NCBI GenBank assembly: GCA_963716395.1
Contig: OY970309.1
Coordinates: 2,208,001-2,272,000, forward strand
DNA from: an uncultured Fibrobacteria bacterium
Lineage (GTDB): Bacteria > Fibrobacterota > Fibrobacteria > UBA11236
Direction: 5' to 3'
DNA length: 64,000 bases
Part shown: piece after piece, positions 1 to 10,730 of the stretch
How the letters are laid out: every line of letters begins with the position of its first letter
Numbering within the stretch: the first letter of the stretch is position 1
Program-made: the position numbers and the translations under genes
The notes under the pieces: generated by a model
What the model was told of the DNA's origin: nothing
Databases searched by the model: none
Seen by the model: the letters and a program-made list of their open reading frames with translations, nothing else

Positions 1-3000
1 TTCCCGGAATGATCAGCAAGAGCGAGGTACCCTTCAAACTGGCGGGAGCGACCTTTTCGGTGAAGGCGATGTCGAGATTGTCACTGCCGGGGTTGTATTT
101 GATCTCGACGTCGGCGGTGTCGAGCAAGGGTCCGACCGAATCGGCGATGGCGAAGGCCGTGGCCTCCTCGGGCAAGGTCGTGCCTCCGGGGTTACGGGTA
201 TACAGCGTTCCCAACTGCTCCGATACCATGCCGGTGGTGATGTTCGGGGGAAAGGGAGTGGCCAGAAGCACGGTGAGATGCTTGTTGTTGGTGGAATCCC
301 ACGTCATGCCGCTGGTGACGATTTTGACCGGAGAATTGAGATCCGGCCAATGCAAGGCCAGAGAATCGGGTGGCCAGGTCAAACTGTCGGCAAAGTAAAT
401 CTCGAGGCGATTCACGCTTCCCACCCCGTTGTCGGCGTAATAGGCGGCTTTCGAGATCACCACCGCGGGAGCCGTGAAATTGATTTTGGCCCGGTTGCCC
501 GGCAGCAAATTGTTGACGGCCGGGGTTGCGATGATGGATCCGTTGGTCACCACGGAAACTCCCGTGATGTAAATCACGGCCTGCCCGTTGACCAAGGTGA
601 CCTGGCTGAGGGCGGCGGTGTCGGCCGCGGAACCATAGGCCACCAAGCCGGAACTCAAAGTGAGATCGACCACCGAGCTGAAGGTGTCGCGCGCGATTCC
701 ATCCACGCTGGCCCGGATCGTTACGGGAAAGCGCTGCCCCACGTTTCCGGTAATGCCCAGCGAGGTGTCGGGTTTGGTGGTGTCGGCATAGAGAATCCAA
801 ATCTTGTCCCGCGGCTGGCCCACTTTCACGTCGGCGGAGTCGGTGTTTCCGTTGATCGACAAGGTCGCTACCAAGGTGAAAATTTGATTTTGGGCGCCCT
901 GGGTCACCGTGGCCCCGAAAGCGGTGATGCCGTTGGAATCGGTGAGCACCGTGGCGGGGTCGGTGATGGCGTTGCCGATGGTGATATCCCCGATGGCGGG
1001 ACTCATGCTTTTAAATGAAACCGAGACCCCCGCCCCTTCGTTGTTGCCGAATTGATCGGTCACGGCCGCGGTTCCCGAAAGCACCGTGCCCGGATCCAGA
1101 ATCGGCGCGGATCCCGGATTGCGAATTTTTGATGGAGGGTTTTGGAAAATGACGCTGTCGGCGGGTCCGGGAAGGATTGTGATTCCCGTAGAAACGCCGT
1201 AAAAGACGGTTTTGTTGCTATTGCTGGGATCGACCCAAGTTCCCGAGGCCGTAACGTATTCGATACCTCCTTGCGGTACCTTGGTGAACACCACGGTTTT
1301 GGTCGTCGGGCCCGAGATGGAAGGCAAAGAAAAAATGTTAAAGGGGGGCACAGGAGGCGTGTACAAATTCGCCCCGGAATTCAAGGCAACACTGACCGAA
1401 GTAATCGCGTTGTTGAACGAAGACCCGTCCAAATTCTCCGGCGTGATGCGCAACCCCACGGTTTGACCCGCCGTAACCGTCGTGACGGGATTGCCCGTGG
1501 TCGCGTCTAAAACCTGCACGAAAAATTTATAATCCAATTTGCGATAGGGAATAAAACCCACCGTGGTGGCTGCCGGACTTCCATTCGCGCCTGTGCCATC
1601 GGCGATCAATTCGAAAAAGGCATAATCTTCATTGGCCGCCAGGGCGGGGGTGAAGGTAGCTGTCAAGGTGTTGCTGCCGATTTTCACGCTCTGAGAAGAT
1701 AAGGTCACGTCGATAGGTGGAGCCAGCACCGGCGCCGCCTGGCCGCCGAACCCTGCGAGATCCGTGGCGGTGGGGTAACCCGCCGGAAAGCGCACCATTT
1801 TCACATACTTGATGGTGGGCAAGGTCAAATTGCCATTCGCGGCCGTGAGGCTGAAATTCAAGGTAGCCGTGGTGCCGTTGATCAAAGCCGGAGAAAGTGG
1901 AGCGATAGTCACTTCGTCGGTAGGCAGGCCAACCGAAGAAATGGCGCCGATGTCGGCCACCTTGCCGTCGGAGTTATAAATTCCGGCGGCCGGCCAACCC
2001 GCATTTTCCACATATTTCTGGGTCAGGGAGTCATTCCAATCCGGCGTCAAAAATAAGGGGCTGGTCGGATCGGTGGACTGGAATTTGACGTCGTACCATC
2101 TTATATCGGCGGAAGCAGGAAATGGGGCGTTGGCTTGCTGGCTTACGATCAGCGCACCGGGCAGGGTCACACCCGTAATGGTTTGGGGAACCACCACGGG
2201 CCCGCTGGACATATTCAGGGTGAGGTTGATGACCAAGTTATCGGTAGATGCGGCGGTCATGCCGTTCATGATTTGCACGTTGCGATAAACCGAAACGGTG
2301 GAATCCGCCTGCACCTGCTGCTTGGTAGTGGTGTCGTATTGCTGCGCCTGCACGTTTTGCGTTTGGGGATTCGGCGCGGCATTTTGCACCGCGTACAGGC
2401 AATTGTGCATGCGGTTGACGAAATATGGGATCCGAGGACATCCAGGAGTTCGCCGCCGAAATTGGCGTCGCTTTGCCAGATAGTTCAGAAGGTGCGGCGA
2501 AAATATTGTTGAAGACGAAATGTTGCGCCCCGGGCCTATAGCCCCCGATGATATTCATGTAATCGTGCCAGAAGGTATTGTTGTAAATGGCCGTGGGGCT
2601 CAGCATCACGTCTTTGAACAAACATGGCGCCGCCGGGTTGGTTCGGGCCTTCGCTGCCCATGGCTTTCACCTTCGCCGCAGTGAAGCTCGGTAGCTGCTG
2701 GGATGGTGGTTTTCATATACCAGGTTGTAGCGGAAGGTGGAACCCAAATCCCAGGCGGATTCCGAAAAGAATCCCCAGCTGTTGTTGTGGATGCGGTTGT
2801 ATTCAAACACATGCCCGCCGGATTTGCCGAATCCCGAAATCGGAACCACATTAGCTTCGCCAAATCCGCCGGATTGACATTGGCGAAAATGCCGCCCATG
2901 TTGCGATCTTTCAGCGCAATTCCGAAATAAGCGTTGTTGATATCACAATTGCGAATGGTGATGTCGCGCGGAAACAAAAACTTCAATGCCCCATTGCCCG

Positions 3001-3493
3001 CGAGCAAGTCGGACAAATTGCCATTGCACGCAATCCGTTCCGTCTGCCCCAGATACCCGAGTGGTAGTAAGGAGTTGGGGCGACGCCGTCGATTCCGATG
3101 CCGTCGATGGTCACGTTGCGGACCATGAGCAAACGCAAGGCGCCGTTTTGATCGAAAGGTGATAGCTGCCGGGGGCGCCGGAAATCGCTTGGGCGCAGTG
3201 GTGGGATAGACGTCGGTCTGGTCATCCCATGTGATGGTGGGTTTTTGCAAGGCCGTGGGATTGGCGGAAATCAGGGTGAGTCCGTCTTTGGTGCTGTCGA
3301 TGGTCACCTGCTCGGGATACACCGCCGCATCCAGCACTTCGATGACATCGCCTTTGCCGGCTTTGTTTACGGCCGCTTGAATGGTGCTGAAAGTACCGCG
3401 CCCGTCTTTCGAAACCGTGAAGGTGGCCGCCGGGCAGGAAATCCATGCGCCGATGGCAAAACAAAGAAACTTTCCGGTCGCGCCTATCCGCAT
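1..3493 (-). CDS. Large secreted/surface protein (>1100 aa, runs off window start), N-terminal pectin-lyase-like parallel beta-helix followed by Thr/Val/Pro-rich Ig-like region; several frameshifts at ~2.4-3.2 kb
   Basis: Signal peptide then ATFTVSKDGRGTFSTIQAAVNKAGKGDVIEV (pectinesterase/beta-helix N-terminus). Beta-helix-like pieces continue in ORFs 2983-3225, 2667-2849 and 2238-2621. Manual translation from ~2420 downward reads FVNRMHNCLYAVQ...GWPAAGIYNSDGKVADIGAIS... and appears to continue to the window edge. Confidence 0.7.
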
Positions 3494-3682
3494 AACTTTA
3501 GCCCACCCTTCAAATCGGTGAAAAAACCTAATCCCGGAACATACTTTAAGTCATTTTTCCCAAATCAACCGGACAAAATGCTCCTTGGAATTAGTGATTG
3601 GGTTTCCGGTTTGCGTTCACCGAAATTGGGGAAAATGCCGGTCAAATGGGAAGGGGAAAGGCTAATGGGTACCTCTCGTACC

Positions 3683-5167
3683 CTAATGGGCCGTAGCTTC
3701 CGCCGCGCGTCCCAGGAGATTGTAAATCCGCAGGGTCGGCAGGGTTTGATGTGAAGCTGATCCGGGTACGGCAGGATAACCTTCCGGGGTGAGCCAAACC
3801 GTGGATCCGTCAAAACCCGCGCGGTCGGAATGCCCGTTTTGCGCCACGGGCTGGATGAAATGGACGGCGGAAATGGCGGTTTTTTGATCGGCTAAAACAT
3901 TGGGAAATTGGCCTCCCAAAACGGCAAATCCGAGCATGCCCAACGATTGGTCGTAATAAAACTCCTGGTCTTGCAGGCTTTGCGATCCCAAAAAAGGCCC
4001 GTTTCCGGAAATGATTGCCAATACCGAAGAATTGGTGGCGCGGCGGGTATAGGCGGTGTCGAGGGAGCCGAGTACGCCGGCCGACCACATGGCCACATTT
4101 TCCAAATCGCCCGAGGTCGACGCGATAGCGTTGCCATTGTTATCGTACTGCGCCATCTGCGCGGCCATCAGGATAATATTGGAATTGGTGTATTGGGTCA
4201 AAGTTCCTTTGGAGTTTTCACAATACGCAATGGCCCGGGAATCTTTGAACCAGAGCGCGTCCATGGCGATGCGATAGGGGGTGCGAATTGCATCGCTTAA
4301 CATGCCCAGCCCCTGATCGGTTTTTCCTCCCGCCTGGCTGGCCTGTCCGCCGCTGGGCGTGCACCAATCCACGGCTTGCCCTTTGGAGTATCGCGGCATT
4401 TTCGCCAGCACGGCATAACAATTGTCGATCACCGAAGTGAAGCTCACCTGGGTTTGATAGGCGTCAAAAACCTTCAGCCAGGCGGTGGCGAAATAGCTCG
4501 GGTTTAAATTGTTCACTCCGTCACTACCCCAACTATCTCCGGGCAGCAGATAGTTTTGCGCCACCATATTGTCGTGAATGCTGACGATGACGTCCATGGC
4601 CCGGCTGTGGTAGGTGATGCCGTTTTTATTGTAGGTCTGCCACAGGCCCGCGCCCTGTAAGGCATCGGCGAAGACCAAGGCCAACCCGATGTCCAAATCG
4701 GCGTCGGTGGCGGCCCCCTGCGCACCGGAGGGATAACTCCAGATGTAATACGACTTGTGCGCATCGCTCCACATATAGGTGTTTGCGGCTTCGAATATTT
4801 TGTTGAACGTGGTTTGATCGTTCATCAGCACCGAGAAAATCATGCCGTATCCCTGGCCTTCCGAAACCGCGACATTGGTGTTGGACACCGTGCCATTTGA
4901 ATAGGTGCGCTGATTGATCAGACCGTTCGACATCATAAAGTTCGCCTTGTAATAAGACCAGGCGCTATCCATGGTTTTTTTGAAATAATCGGGCGCAATC
5001 AGGGACAAATAATTATTCAAAGAAGGGGAGTAATACTGGGTATAGTCGTAGGCTGCGGGCCGGATATAAGGCAAATTCCAGGGTTGCTCCTGACCAACCG
5101 CCAGTCCGGCGCATACGGCCAGCACCGCGCTGGAATTTTTAAATATCGACGATTTTCGGCCTCGCAT
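3683..5167 (-). CDS. Glycoside hydrolase family 8, secreted, with short C-terminal sorting-like tail
   Basis: GH8 motifs VSEGQGYGM, ATDADLDI, NPSYF, DAIRTP; signal peptide; start placed at ATG 5167 behind a G-rich RBS (ORF track starts at 5203). Confidence 0.9.
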   Translation of the reverse strand: MRGRKSSIFKNSSAVLAVCAGLAVGQEQPWNLPYIRPAAYDYTQYYSPSLNNYLSLIAPDYFKKTMDSAWSYYKANFMMSNGLINQRTYSNGTVSNTNVAVSEGQGYGMIFSVLMNDQTTFNKIFEAANTYMWSDAHKSYYIWSYPSGAQGAATDADLDIGLALVFADALQGAGLWQTYNKNGITYHSRAMDVIVSIHDNMVAQNYLLPGDSWGSDGVNNLNPSYFATAWLKVFDAYQTQVSFTSVIDNCYAVLAKMPRYSKGQAVDWCTPSGGQASQAGGKTDQGLGMLSDAIRTPYRIAMDALWFKDSRAIAYCENSKGTLTQYTNSNIILMAAQMAQYDNNGNAIASTSGDLENVAMWSAGVLGSLDTAYTRRATNSSVLAIISGNGPFLGSQSLQDQEFYYDQSLGMLGFAVLGGQFPNVLADQKTAISAVHFIQPVAQNGHSDRAGFDGSTVWLTPEGYPAVPGSASHQTLPTLRIYNLLGRAAEATAH

Positions 5168-5632
5168 AACACCCCCCTGGTTTTTTAGGGTATCTCTTCG
5201 CATCGTTTTCCGGTTTCGACTTCGATCCGACGATCGCGGAAAATTCCGGCCTTATCGCCCGCATCAAAAGCCTCGCCGGCGGAGTTCTCCACCGTGGGCG
5301 AATTTTCACCCTGCCTTCCACCGAGGCGGGTTCGGCAGGCTCAGGCCTTCGCCCTGTGATGGATCGCAGGCGCACCGATTTTTCGAGATACCTTTCAATT
5401 GGTGGAATCCACGGCAAACCAAGTTCATTCACCCCGAAAGTCCGGTGCGGCGTCTGTCAGGCGTCAGCCCCCGGCTTGGGGGCGCTCATTCCTGTTTATC
5501 TTGAACCAAGCGCCGAACGGAGAACACTAACCCACAGAACGAACAGATCCGAGAGGTTTGGGGGGCCGTTAGCGAGGATAAAGCGGCCGTCTTTAAACCC
5601 GGCGATCCAACCCAACGAGGAGATGAACCGAT

Positions 5633-7393
5633 ATGTCACCCGTCAATGCAAAGACCTTTTTTTCGGGCTTTAAAAAAAGCTCTTGGGCCGTGGCCGGGCT
5701 GTTGGCAGCGGCTTCACTCTCGAATGCCCAGACCTCATTGATTGACAATTTCGATGCCGGTACCAACCAGAATATGTTTTTGGGGTACTCCTACTTTTAC
5801 GCCGACGGAGCCGATGGAGGCACCACACATGTGCTCACGGCCGATTCCAGCTCCAATAATGCTTGGCTGGTCGACCCGGCCAAGTCTTTTGATGTCGGCG
5901 CCAACGGCACGCCGCACTCTTTGAAAATGTCATTCGTCTATGGCGCCAACAAGCCCATTTCAGCGAGTTGCATGTGCCCTTACGGACAATTCGCCGGTTT
6001 CGGAACGCAAGTGGTCGCGGGTACGGATCAAGGCGCGGTTTTGAACATGGCCGGAGCCACCAGCATCACGTTTTGGGCCAAGGCCTCGGCCGCCATGTTG
6101 ATGCGCTTTGAAGTGGCCACCGCCAACGTCACCGACGACGGTTTTTATGCCGCCAGTCCGGAACCCAGCATCACCACCACGTGGACAAAATATACGGTGT
6201 TGTTCACCGGTGGTTTGGGTGGTCTGGTGCGCCCCGCCTGGGCGAACACGGCCACCCCCGGCGTGATTTTCGACAGCACCAAGGTGCAGAAACTTCAATT
6301 CTCCGTTTCCGCCGACGACAATACCGGTCTTGACAGCGGAACCCTGTGGCTGGACAGCATTCAGGTTACCGGTTATACCTGGGTTCCGCCCATGGCCTGC
6401 CTTCCCTGCGTAGGGGCACAAGGCGCGGGCACCGGAGCCTTGCTTTCCGACCTGGATACGCCTCCCGTGAATGAAAATACCGCCGGCGGCTATTGGTATG
6501 CCTATAACGATGCCCAGGCCCATGTGCCCCCGTTGGCAACGGGCGCTCCCCAATCCGAATTCTCCGAGATCATCACCGGCGTCGATAACACCGATCCCGT
6601 GAACCCGGTGCTGACCGTTTCTCCGACCGCGGGGGTGAACGGCACGGGTGCGGCCTATATCAGTTTTGATCTCGGGCCGACTTTTCAGCAAGACGATACC
6701 ACTACCATTCAACCCTTCGTGGGAATCGGCACCAAGACTTCCGATGCCTTGGGAACCGTTTTTTTAAATGTCGGAACGTCGACGGGAATCAGCTTCGACT
6801 ATAATACCGACGCCACCTCCACCTTCGCTTATCTGCGGCTCGAGGTCAAAGCCAATCAGGTTTTATCGACCAATGTCGGAGTCGTGCACCAGGTCTTGCT
6901 GCCGGCCACGGGTGGAGTCTGGAAAAGCGCTTCCATTCCCTGGGACACTTTGAAAGAACCGGATTGGGCGGGTGTTGTAGCCCAACCGCTCAAAACCTCC
7001 GCTTTGGAACATATCCAATGGGCGGTGCAGGGAGCCCCCGGCACCACCGGCGGTTTTGCCATCGACAATGTTAAAATCATGGGCGTCACCACTATTCCGA
7101 ATATCAATTCGGCCATTCTGCCGAATTCGGGTACGGTCCGGGGTCTTTTGCTGACCCAGGGATCCGACGGCATACACTTGAATTATCCTCTTCCCGATGG
7201 CGTTACTTCGGTGGGAATCCGCCTGCTGAACCTGCAAGGAGCCGTCGTCGCGAATCGCAACGTTGCAGCCCACGGCACCTTGCAAACAGATCTCAATACG
7301 CGGGGATTGCAAAACGGGATTTACACCTTGCAACTGCGTTTGGGTAATTCCGCGAAACAAGTGGTTAACACCAACTTTACCTTGTTGCAATAA
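5633..7393 (+). CDS. Secreted protein with tandem CBM11/CIA30-like galactose-binding domains and T9SS-type C-terminal domain
   Basis: Signal peptide; two repeats of LIDNFD/LLSDLD...GYWYAYND...SITFWAK/GISFDY...W...IDNVKI; C-terminal IRLLNLQGAVV...GIYTLQL; RBS GAGGAG upstream. Confidence 0.75.
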   Translation: MSPVNAKTFFSGFKKSSWAVAGLLAAASLSNAQTSLIDNFDAGTNQNMFLGYSYFYADGADGGTTHVLTADSSSNNAWLVDPAKSFDVGANGTPHSLKMSFVYGANKPISASCMCPYGQFAGFGTQVVAGTDQGAVLNMAGATSITFWAKASAAMLMRFEVATANVTDDGFYAASPEPSITTTWTKYTVLFTGGLGGLVRPAWANTATPGVIFDSTKVQKLQFSVSADDNTGLDSGTLWLDSIQVTGYTWVPPMACLPCVGAQGAGTGALLSDLDTPPVNENTAGGYWYAYNDAQAHVPPLATGAPQSEFSEIITGVDNTDPVNPVLTVSPTAGVNGTGAAYISFDLGPTFQQDDTTTIQPFVGIGTKTSDALGTVFLNVGTSTGISFDYNTDATSTFAYLRLEVKANQVLSTNVGVVHQVLLPATGGVWKSASIPWDTLKEPDWAGVVAQPLKTSALEHIQWAVQGAPGTTGGFAIDNVKIMGVTTIPNINSAILPNSGTVRGLLLTQGSDGIHLNYPLPDGVTSVGIRLLNLQGAVVANRNVAAHGTLQTDLNTRGLQNGIYTLQLRLGNSAKQVVNTNFTLLQ

Positions 7394-7451
7394 TTTTTCT
7401 TCGGCGCCGCGGGGCGGCGATACGCTCCCGCGCCGAATCGAACGCCACCTT

Positions 7452-7483
7452 TCCCGCTTCCCTCCGGAAGCGGGATTTTTTTT
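7452..7483 (+). terminator. Rho-independent terminator
   Basis: TCCCGCTTCC-CTCC-GGAAGCGGGA perfect 10-bp stem followed by T8, between convergent genes. Confidence 0.85.
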
Positions 7484-7500
7484 GCCGAGGCTTTAACCTT

Positions 7501-9129
7501 TTACGGATTCCGGTATCCGATCACGACGCCCTGGTTCTGCAGCGTGGAAAGGTCTCCGGTGGGTAGAATGGAATAGTTCAGGCCTTGCAGCGTGTCACGG
7601 CTGACGAAAGCCGGGTCGACTTGAATGGGCGTCAAGGGCCAATCGGACTGGGGAAGATTGATCAGGCCGCTGTCGTTGGCGTAAAAATCCAAATCCTCGA
7701 GTTGCAAAGCTCCCGATTGAATCATATCCAGCGTCAGGTTTAATCCGTAACTTCCGTTGAAGGCGATAATCGAGTTGGAGATCCGCAGAGGACCCGTCGG
7801 TGAGCGGATTTCAATGCCGTCGACTCCGTTATCCGATACGGTCAGGCCTTGAATGCTGCCGTTGGCCGAGGTGGCGTTAATCCCGGCCGCGACATTGTAG
7901 GCCACCAAGACGTTATCCAAAACGATTTGCGAGGTTGCTCCGGAAACCTGAATGCCGTTCCGTTCATTTTGCAGAAAGCGGCAGTTCTTCACCTTCACGT
8001 AGCTGTCGACGATTTCCAGGCCATCCAGGGCATTATGGAGAAAATCGCACGTCTCGAACAGAATTCCGGTGCAGCCGTTTTCCAGCTTGGCCCCGCTGTT
8101 TCCGCTTTGCTGAAACACGACGTCGTGAAATTCGATATAGCTGAAATCGCTGAGGAAGAGAATCGGCGTTTGCGGACTGGCGGAAAGAATGGTGGGAGCC
8201 CCCGGGTCGCCTTGGATCACGATCGGGCTATCCACGGTTCCGGACTGCTGGAAAAGAATTTGCCCGGCGTAATCGCCCGCGCCGACAAAAATCGTATCCC
8301 CGGGCTTGGCGGCGGAGATGTACTTGTGCAAAGAATCCGCCGTGGTCACCAGGATTTTGCCCAGGCTTTGATTGTGAAAAACGACGCTCAAATTGAAACT
8401 CTGAACGGCCGCGTTCAGGGAGATCTGTTGCAGATTATAAGCCGCGATGCTGCTGTTGGTATTCGTCGCCGTTTGATTTGCGGTATTCACTTGATTCTGA
8501 AATTGGGTATACGCGTTCAGATCCTGCAGGTAGGGAGCCTGGATTTGCGCCCGTTCCGAATCGCTGTATACCACCATCGGCAAGAGCGCCCGATTCACCG
8601 AATCGACGCGGGCCAAAGCCGTGGCCTGTAGCAGCGACAATTGCTGCATGTTAAAATTGACGGAGGGATACGGTCCCGCGAGCAGGAGATAGTTCAAGGT
8701 ATCGTAATAACCCTCCAGCTTCAGCGAATCCGCCGGGCCGGCGGATTGATTGGCCTGGGTTACAGCCGCATTACCCGCAGCCGTTTGCGAGTTGGCGGTT
8801 TTTTTGAGGTCGTTGCTTTGCGAGATGGAATCGTTCAGCGATTGGATGGAATTGAAATCAGCCTGCAAGGGCGCGAGGGTTTTCGTTGTTGAATCGGCCA
8901 GCGCGGACAGCGAGTCCAAAAAACCGCTTTGGGCGTTTTTGATGGGCGTGGTCTGGCTTAGGGAAAAATTGATGGGATCGAAAGGGTTGTTGCGGTCGAT
9001 GCAAGAGACCAAACACAACATCGCCCACACTATCGATCCCACCGGCCTTCGCCGCCGGGCGGAAGGAAGCGCCTTCAATCCGGTGATCTCCCGCGCCCTT
9101 TGCAAAATATGGTTCACCAGGAATTTCAT
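7501..9129 (-). CDS. Lipoprotein with coiled-coil stalk and right-handed parallel beta-helix domain (true start probably slightly downstream of 9129)
   Basis: Lipobox-like LCLVSC then IDRNNPFDP; Gln/Asn-rich helical region; AKPGDTIFVGAGDY...SGTVDSPIVIQG and repeated N..GI/GL beta-helix rungs. Confidence 0.75.
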   Translation of the reverse strand: MKFLVNHILQRAREITGLKALPSARRRRPVGSIVWAMLCLVSCIDRNNPFDPINFSLSQTTPIKNAQSGFLDSLSALADSTTKTLAPLQADFNSIQSLNDSISQSNDLKKTANSQTAAGNAAVTQANQSAGPADSLKLEGYYDTLNYLLLAGPYPSVNFNMQQLSLLQATALARVDSVNRALLPMVVYSDSERAQIQAPYLQDLNAYTQFQNQVNTANQTATNTNSSIAAYNLQQISLNAAVQSFNLSVVFHNQSLGKILVTTADSLHKYISAAKPGDTIFVGAGDYAGQILFQQSGTVDSPIVIQGDPGAPTILSASPQTPILFLSDFSYIEFHDVVFQQSGNSGAKLENGCTGILFETCDFLHNALDGLEIVDSYVKVKNCRFLQNERNGIQVSGATSQIVLDNVLVAYNVAAGINATSANGSIQGLTVSDNGVDGIEIRSPTGPLRISNSIIAFNGSYGLNLTLDMIQSGALQLEDLDFYANDSGLINLPQSDWPLTPIQVDPAFVSRDTLQGLNYSILPTGDLSTLQNQGVVIGYRNP

Positions 9130-9158
9130 TTTACATAATTTAAGCGTCGGTTAATTCA

Positions 9159-10082
9159 ATGCTGGATGTGAAAGTTTTGCCGCGCCTCTTTTCCATTGCG
9201 TTGGCATGGGTGGGGTTTTTCTGCGGGAACGTAGCTTCCGCGCCCGGGAATTGTCCCTCTTCCCATCATTACCTACTCTTCGCTTCCGATCCGCTGGTGC
9301 AAACAAAGGTGTTCTCCGGCTTTCCCGACTCCCTATACAACTTGTTGCTGGGCCCCCTGGATCAGTTGGGGTATTGCCTGCGCAACGAAATATTGTCAAC
9401 GGTTTCCGACTCTGCCGCGTATTCGGAAACCATGGTTTTGTACGTCACCGTCGACACCTTGCCGCCCAATCCCGCCACACCCCAAGTCATATTAACCTTG
9501 ATGCATCTCTCCGATTGGAACCAGGGTGGCCGCAATGTGACCCGGCCCTTGGCCACCTTGGGGTACCCGGGAACCGAAACCGGGCCGTGGTTGGATTTGC
9601 TGACGCAGAAGGTGGTCGAAAATATGCGCCGGCAATCCATGGCCCACATCGTATTGCAAACCCGGCCGGTGGGCGCGCTGGTTCGATCTTCTTCGGGATT
9701 GGAGGGCAAGGCGCCGCTCGAATGGATATTACCCTTGGGCGCGGTGGAAATGACGGCTACAGCTCCGGGCTACCTGCCTTTCCAGCAATCCCTGAATCTG
9801 GCGCGTCCGGGTATCCATAATTTGGAATTCGATCTCACCAAAAGGCGATTTTACCATTCCAAGCTGATGATCCCCACCCTGGCTTTTGCCGTGTTATCGG
9901 CCACCGGATACGCTTTGGAAAATTTTTTTTATGACCGTTACCTCCGGCTTGGGCCCGAAGCCCAGCGAACCGATCCGGGCGCCTTCGCCCGCACTTTTAA
10001 TACCGCCCAGGATTTTGAACGGGCCGCGGGGGTTTCGCTGGCGGTTTCGCTTTCCTGCCTCGGTCTTAGTTTTTGGTATTGA
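9159..10082 (+). CDS. PEGA-domain membrane protein
   Basis: IVLQTRPVGALV...GKAPL...GYLPF PEGA-like segment; N-terminal signal and C-terminal hydrophobic helices. Confidence 0.65.
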   Translation: MLDVKVLPRLFSIALAWVGFFCGNVASAPGNCPSSHHYLLFASDPLVQTKVFSGFPDSLYNLLLGPLDQLGYCLRNEILSTVSDSAAYSETMVLYVTVDTLPPNPATPQVILTLMHLSDWNQGGRNVTRPLATLGYPGTETGPWLDLLTQKVVENMRRQSMAHIVLQTRPVGALVRSSSGLEGKAPLEWILPLGAVEMTATAPGYLPFQQSLNLARPGIHNLEFDLTKRRFYHSKLMIPTLAFAVLSATGYALENFFYDRYLRLGPEAQRTDPGAFARTFNTAQDFERAAGVSLAVSLSCLGLSFWY

Positions 10083-10163
10083 CGACAAACCGTCTCCAGG
10101 CGCCAAAATCGGGGTTGAACCCCCGCCTTGAAATGGCGACTAATTTAACAGAGAGGATCTCTC

Positions 10164-10730
10164 ATGGGATATATCGCCGAACCCTCGCAAGAAACTTTGG
10201 CTGCCTGCAAGGCGGGAAATCAAGACGCGTTCAAGGAGATTTTTTACCGCTATCGGGGTTACGCGTTCAACCTGGTTTACAAGATCACCGGACCTTACGG
10301 CGAACACGAAGATTTGGTGCAAGAGGTGTTTTTCCAGGTCTATCTCTCCCTGCGGAACTTTCAGGGCAACTCTTCGTTCCGCACCTGGTTCCACCGGGTG
10401 ATCGTGAATACCTGCACGGCGCAATGGCGTTTTCAAGGGGCGGAGAAACGCATTTCGAATAAAAATCTGACCCGCATCGACGACTTGGATTATGAGATCG
10501 CGGTTCAAGAACCCAACCACGGGAAAGAACTTGAGTTCAAAAATCTGGTGGAAAAGGTGCTGGAAATATTAGACGATAAATTGCGCATTCCCCTGGTATT
10601 GAACGTTTACAGCGAAATGAATTTATCCGAAATTGCAATCGTCATGGGAATTCCCGAAGGCACCGTGAAGTCGCGTTTGTTTACCGCCCGGAAATTAATC
10701 AAGGAATACCTGGATACCTTAGAGCCATGA
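10164..10730 (+). CDS. ECF RNA polymerase sigma factor
   Basis: Region 2 EDLVQEVFFQVY...SSFRTWFHRVIVN; region 4 EIAIVMGIPEGTVKSRLFTAR. Confidence 0.95.
   Translation: MGYIAEPSQETLAACKAGNQDAFKEIFYRYRGYAFNLVYKITGPYGEHEDLVQEVFFQVYLSLRNFQGNSSFRTWFHRVIVNTCTAQWRFQGAEKRISNKNLTRIDDLDYEIAVQEPNHGKELEFKNLVEKVLEILDDKLRIPLVLNVYSEMNLSEIAIVMGIPEGTVKSRLFTARKLIKEYLDTLEP

Noticed and set aside
5204-5632. Possible c-di-GMP or c-di-AMP riboswitch in the GH8/CBM intergenic region (GGCAAAC, CCGAAAG, GC hairpins)
   Set aside because: Could not assemble the conserved helices or motifs by eye; an Infernal/Rfam scan is needed.
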